A stretch of 20,023 nucleotides of DNA from an uncultured bacterium (lineage in GTDB: Bacteria > SAR324 > NAC60-12). Where the stretch lies: contig CAXGMD010000065.1 in the NCBI GenBank assembly GCA_964010765.1, positions 1-20,023 on the forward strand. Reading direction: 5' to 3'. The notes beneath the pieces were generated by a model. That model had not been told where the DNA came from. It ran no database searches and was given only the letters and a program-made list of their open reading frames with translations. Positions 17,282 through 20,023 of the stretch are shown one piece after another (the first letter of the stretch is position 1; each line of letters begins with the position of its first letter). Position numbers and translations under genes: made by a program.

Positions 17282-18892
17282 TTAGTTGGTGATGGCGTCT
17301 AACGGTACGCTGCTGAGGAAAGGCTTGAGGACGTCTTCATTGAAGGTCACCCCAATACCGATGAAGTAGTCACGGAAGGATTCTTCTTCACTGATGAAGT
17401 CATCTGCCCCTGCAGTGACAAAGAGATTGGAATGGAAGCGCCAACTGGCTCCTGCCTTGAGATGGGTGCCAAATTCACCTCCAATATCCCAGACGTCTAG
17501 GTAGGTACGGTACTGCTCGTCACGGCCAAAGAGTTGTTCCACTCCCAGTCCAAAACTGTTTTCAAAGAGTCCAATCTTGAAGAGAGTGTCGTAGAAGCGT
17601 TGCACAACTTGAGCAGAGAATTGTAAACTTTGTTCAACTTCCAGTCGCTCTTCCTCAATGTAGGTAATTTGGCCATTCTCTTCACGTGTAATGTAATCCT
17701 TGGTACGGGTTCTGATTCCACGTGGATTATCGACCAATTCCAAGCGATAGAAACGATCCTTGAGCGGTTGTAACTGGACGCTCAGGTAGCCTTTTGAAGA
17801 ACTTTCTGGACCGTAGGCAGCCTGATTGGAGCCGTACAATTCAGCTCGGACGCCAATGTCGAGCTTGAGGCGGTTGACATCACCGAGCAATCCGTTGATG
17901 CTGCCGATGGCTTCGTTCAACTCGTCGACGGTTTGCTCATCGTTGACAAGTTTGCCGATGGTGCCCTCCCCTCTTTCAATCTTACCGCTGATCGACTCCA
18001 CGTTATCCATTGTACGATCCAGCTTGGCCAGGGAGCGGTCCAGATTATCGACACTACTTTTAAGAGAGCTACGGTTTTCTTCAAGAATGCCACGGAGATT
18101 GCCTGTGATTTCGGGCCCGTCTTCGGCGAGGGATTCGGTGAAACTGTTGAGATTGTCAACCACCTGCCGCAGTCCAGATCGATTCTCGGTGGTGATGGTT
18201 TCGAGTTGAGAAGAAAACTGCTTTAGGTTAGCCAGGATGATCTTGACCTCTCCCTTGTTTTCACCAGAGATTTCGGCAAGATCACTGCTGAAGGTTTCAA
18301 TCTGGCGCATAATGGATTCAATTCGCTCGTTGACAGTTCCTGTCAACTCCTCGGTATTCTGAGTAAGCCCTTCAATGTTGTCGAGAATCCGTGTCAGCCG
18401 CTGTTCACCTTGGACTCCACCAAGTGAGCGGTCCAGCGCACCTGTGACACTTTTCACGTCACGCAGGATGGAACCGAGGCTATCGATCATGCTGTCGATG
18501 TCACTTCCTGGAATCACCAGTTCGATCTCGTCCCCATCCTGCATGGTTCCACTCATCGAGTTACCTTGTAGGACTTCGACAAACTTGTCTCCAAGGATCC
18601 CAACAGACTTGATCGTCGCAGCGCTATCACGGTAAATCGGATACTTGGCGTAGAGTTTAAGGATAACCCGCGCTTCGGAGCCTTCGAGTTCAATCGCATC
18701 TACGGTTCCAACCTTGATTCCTGCAACGCGCACGGCGGAGCCAGTTTGTAAGCCGCCAGAGTTGCGAAAGAGCGCGCCAATACGGTAGGTTTCATCCAAC
18801 TCAGGATTCCAGCCGGTGACAACAATCGAAGCTGTGACGATTAGGCCAGCTGCCAGTAAGATCAGCCCGCCAACTTTGAACTCAGCGCGCAT
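17282..18892 (-). CDS. mlaD: MlaD/MCE family protein with long helical region and C-terminal beta-rich (barrel-like) domain, 536 aa
   Basis: EFKVG followed by a TM helix. MCE motifs GLQTGSAVRVAGIKVGTV and IKSVGILGDKFVEV. Heptad-rich middle, GEGTIGKLVND, and amphipathic beta strands at the C-terminus. Confidence 0.9.
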   Translation of the reverse strand: MRAEFKVGGLILLAAGLIVTASIVVTGWNPELDETYRIGALFRNSGGLQTGSAVRVAGIKVGTVDAIELEGSEARVILKLYAKYPIYRDSAATIKSVGILGDKFVEVLQGNSMSGTMQDGDEIELVIPGSDIDSMIDSLGSILRDVKSVTGALDRSLGGVQGEQRLTRILDNIEGLTQNTEELTGTVNERIESIMRQIETFSSDLAEISGENKGEVKIILANLKQFSSQLETITTENRSGLRQVVDNLNSFTESLAEDGPEITGNLRGILEENRSSLKSSVDNLDRSLAKLDRTMDNVESISGKIERGEGTIGKLVNDEQTVDELNEAIGSINGLLGDVNRLKLDIGVRAELYGSNQAAYGPESSSKGYLSVQLQPLKDRFYRLELVDNPRGIRTRTKDYITREENGQITYIEEERLEVEQSLQFSAQVVQRFYDTLFKIGLFENSFGLGVEQLFGRDEQYRTYLDVWDIGGEFGTHLKAGASWRFHSNLFVTAGADDFISEEESFRDYFIGIGVTFNEDVLKPFLSSVPLDAITN

Positions 18893-19061
18893 CGTTTGGT
18901 GGCAGGTAGGAGAGAGAGAAGATGGGATCAGTCGACACCGGAATGTAGCCGATGTCCGGAACCTTCATCCGAGCGATGGCAACGATGGTGTGCATGAACT
19001 CCGTTAGGACTGGGGCGTGGATCGCCTGTTGAAGACAGATCATTTAACTACCTCATGCAAC

Positions 19062-20023
19062 ATGAATTCCGATTTGCATTTGTTCGATCAGCTTTTTGAA
19101 GAAGGGAACGAAGAGTCATTCCAACTAGCGCCGTCATTGCCAAGCTTGCAGGAACTCTTCGCAGACTGGTTGGATCTCTTTCTGCAGGCCTGGAAACTCC
19201 CTACACATGCAGCCGCGCGCTGGGAGGAACTACGAGGTCTGTATTCGTTGACTGAGCGAATTTCTCTGCAGTATTGCCGTAGTGACCAACTGGAGAGGGA
19301 ACTGCGTCAACTGGGTGTTTTTGATGAGAGAGGAGTCAAACGACTGACAGATGGTTTGCAGGTATTCCTGAAGATTGTTAGGAGCAGCGAGCTGCAACCA
19401 ATCCGTCTCTGTACTTTGGAAATGCTGGAACTCTGGTGGCAGGCGCTTCCTGAAGCGTTTGCGTGGGATCAACTGAAGCTGATGCGCAGTTGGGGCCTTG
19501 ATGTCGCATGGCGAAAGGAGGCTTGGCGGGTTTGGTGGCGCTTTCAGCAAGGTAAGCAGACTGTACCAGAACATCCAAGGCAGTGGGTGAGCTTATGCCA
19601 GCAGGTAGCTCTGAAACGAGGTTGCCAAATCACCAAAGTGGAAGAGCAGGTCGCACGATGGGCTGGAGTACATTTGCGTCAGGAAGGCCCTTGCCAAACC
19701 AGTCCCAATTGCGCAACGTGTCGAATTCAAGCGCACTGTCGATGGGCTCAGGAGGAAACAGCCCCAATTGATGTAGAATTAGCCTGGCAGGCCCAGGATT
19801 TCCAAGGAGTATCGACCCAACAATTGATAGAGACCCTGATTCCAACATTGAATCTACCCGAAGAATCAGGGCAGACAAAGGAAGGAAGCCTCTTGCGCAG
19901 AGTAGAGAGTTGGTCTGTTCAGCAGTGGCAACAACAAAGTGAGAACGCTTTTCGAGAAACCCAGCTATTACTGGAACTATGTCGACGTCACGGCGAGGAA
20001 CGTCTGCAACCAGGAGAGACATT
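19062..20023 (+). CDS. 3'-truncated protein (>320 aa): degenerate EndoIII/HhH-GPD-like domain with Fe-S motif, followed by a RadC-like segment
   Basis: Translated by hand: stop-free from ATG 19062 (MNSDLHLFDQLFEE...) to the window end, and absent from the ORF track because it has no stop in the window. Contains CQTSPNCATCRIQAHC (19692-19739) and ends LLELCRRHGEERLQPGET. Confidence 0.8.
   Translation, partial: MNSDLHLFDQLFEEGNEESFQLAPSLPSLQELFADWLDLFLQAWKLPTHAAARWEELRGLYSLTERISLQYCRSDQLERELRQLGVFDERGVKRLTDGLQVFLKIVRSSELQPIRLCTLEMLELWWQALPEAFAWDQLKLMRSWGLDVAWRKEAWRVWWRFQQGKQTVPEHPRQWVSLCQQVALKRGCQITKVEEQVARWAGVHLRQEGPCQTSPNCATCRIQAHCRWAQEETAPIDVELAWQAQDFQGVSTQQLIETLIPTLNLPEESGQTKEGSLLRRVESWSVQQWQQQSENAFRETQLLLELCRRHGEERLQPGET

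Noticed and set aside
17047..17282. tRNA as an integration site for a genomic island
   Set aside because: No integrase and no duplicated tRNA 3' end was noticed within the window.
18882..19043. 53-aa minus-strand ORF (MICLQQAIHAPVLTEF...) with GAGG upstream, overlapping the mlaD start; considered as a leader peptide or mlaF remnant
   Set aside because: No recognisable motif. It would leave only 18 nt before the divergent ATG at 19062, so this is more likely promoter DNA.
19230..20022. ORF-track entries 19230..19574 (-), 19378..19578 (-), 19583..19771 (+) and 19630..20022 (-)
   Set aside because: They are shadows of the longer + strand frame starting at 19062, which carries recognisable motifs.

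Overview
Bacterial chromosomal window of mostly housekeeping genes. The gene styles look deltaproteobacterial (possibly SAR324-like), but this is only an impression. On the + strand are the 3' part of rpoN, immediately followed by pspA. A long minus-strand run follows, listed by coordinate: a small hypothetical gene, a GspL/PilMN-like gene split by one in-frame TGA, malQ, a lipoprotein, ppc, cobS, cobT, a PaaG-like crotonase, and a 1259-aa AT-rich lipoprotein with about 10 Calx-beta/Ig-like repeats. After that come a histidine phosphatase (+), a small lipoprotein (-), tRNA-Ile2(CAT) (+) and a long orphan MlaD/MCE protein with a probable C-terminal beta-barrel (-). The window ends with a + strand ORF (19062 to the window end) that is missing from the supplied ORF track. 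It appears to fuse a degenerate EndoIII/HhH-GPD domain carrying a 4-Cys Fe-S motif to the start of a RadC-like protein, and it is the best novelty candidate. No CRISPR array, integrase or transposase was seen.
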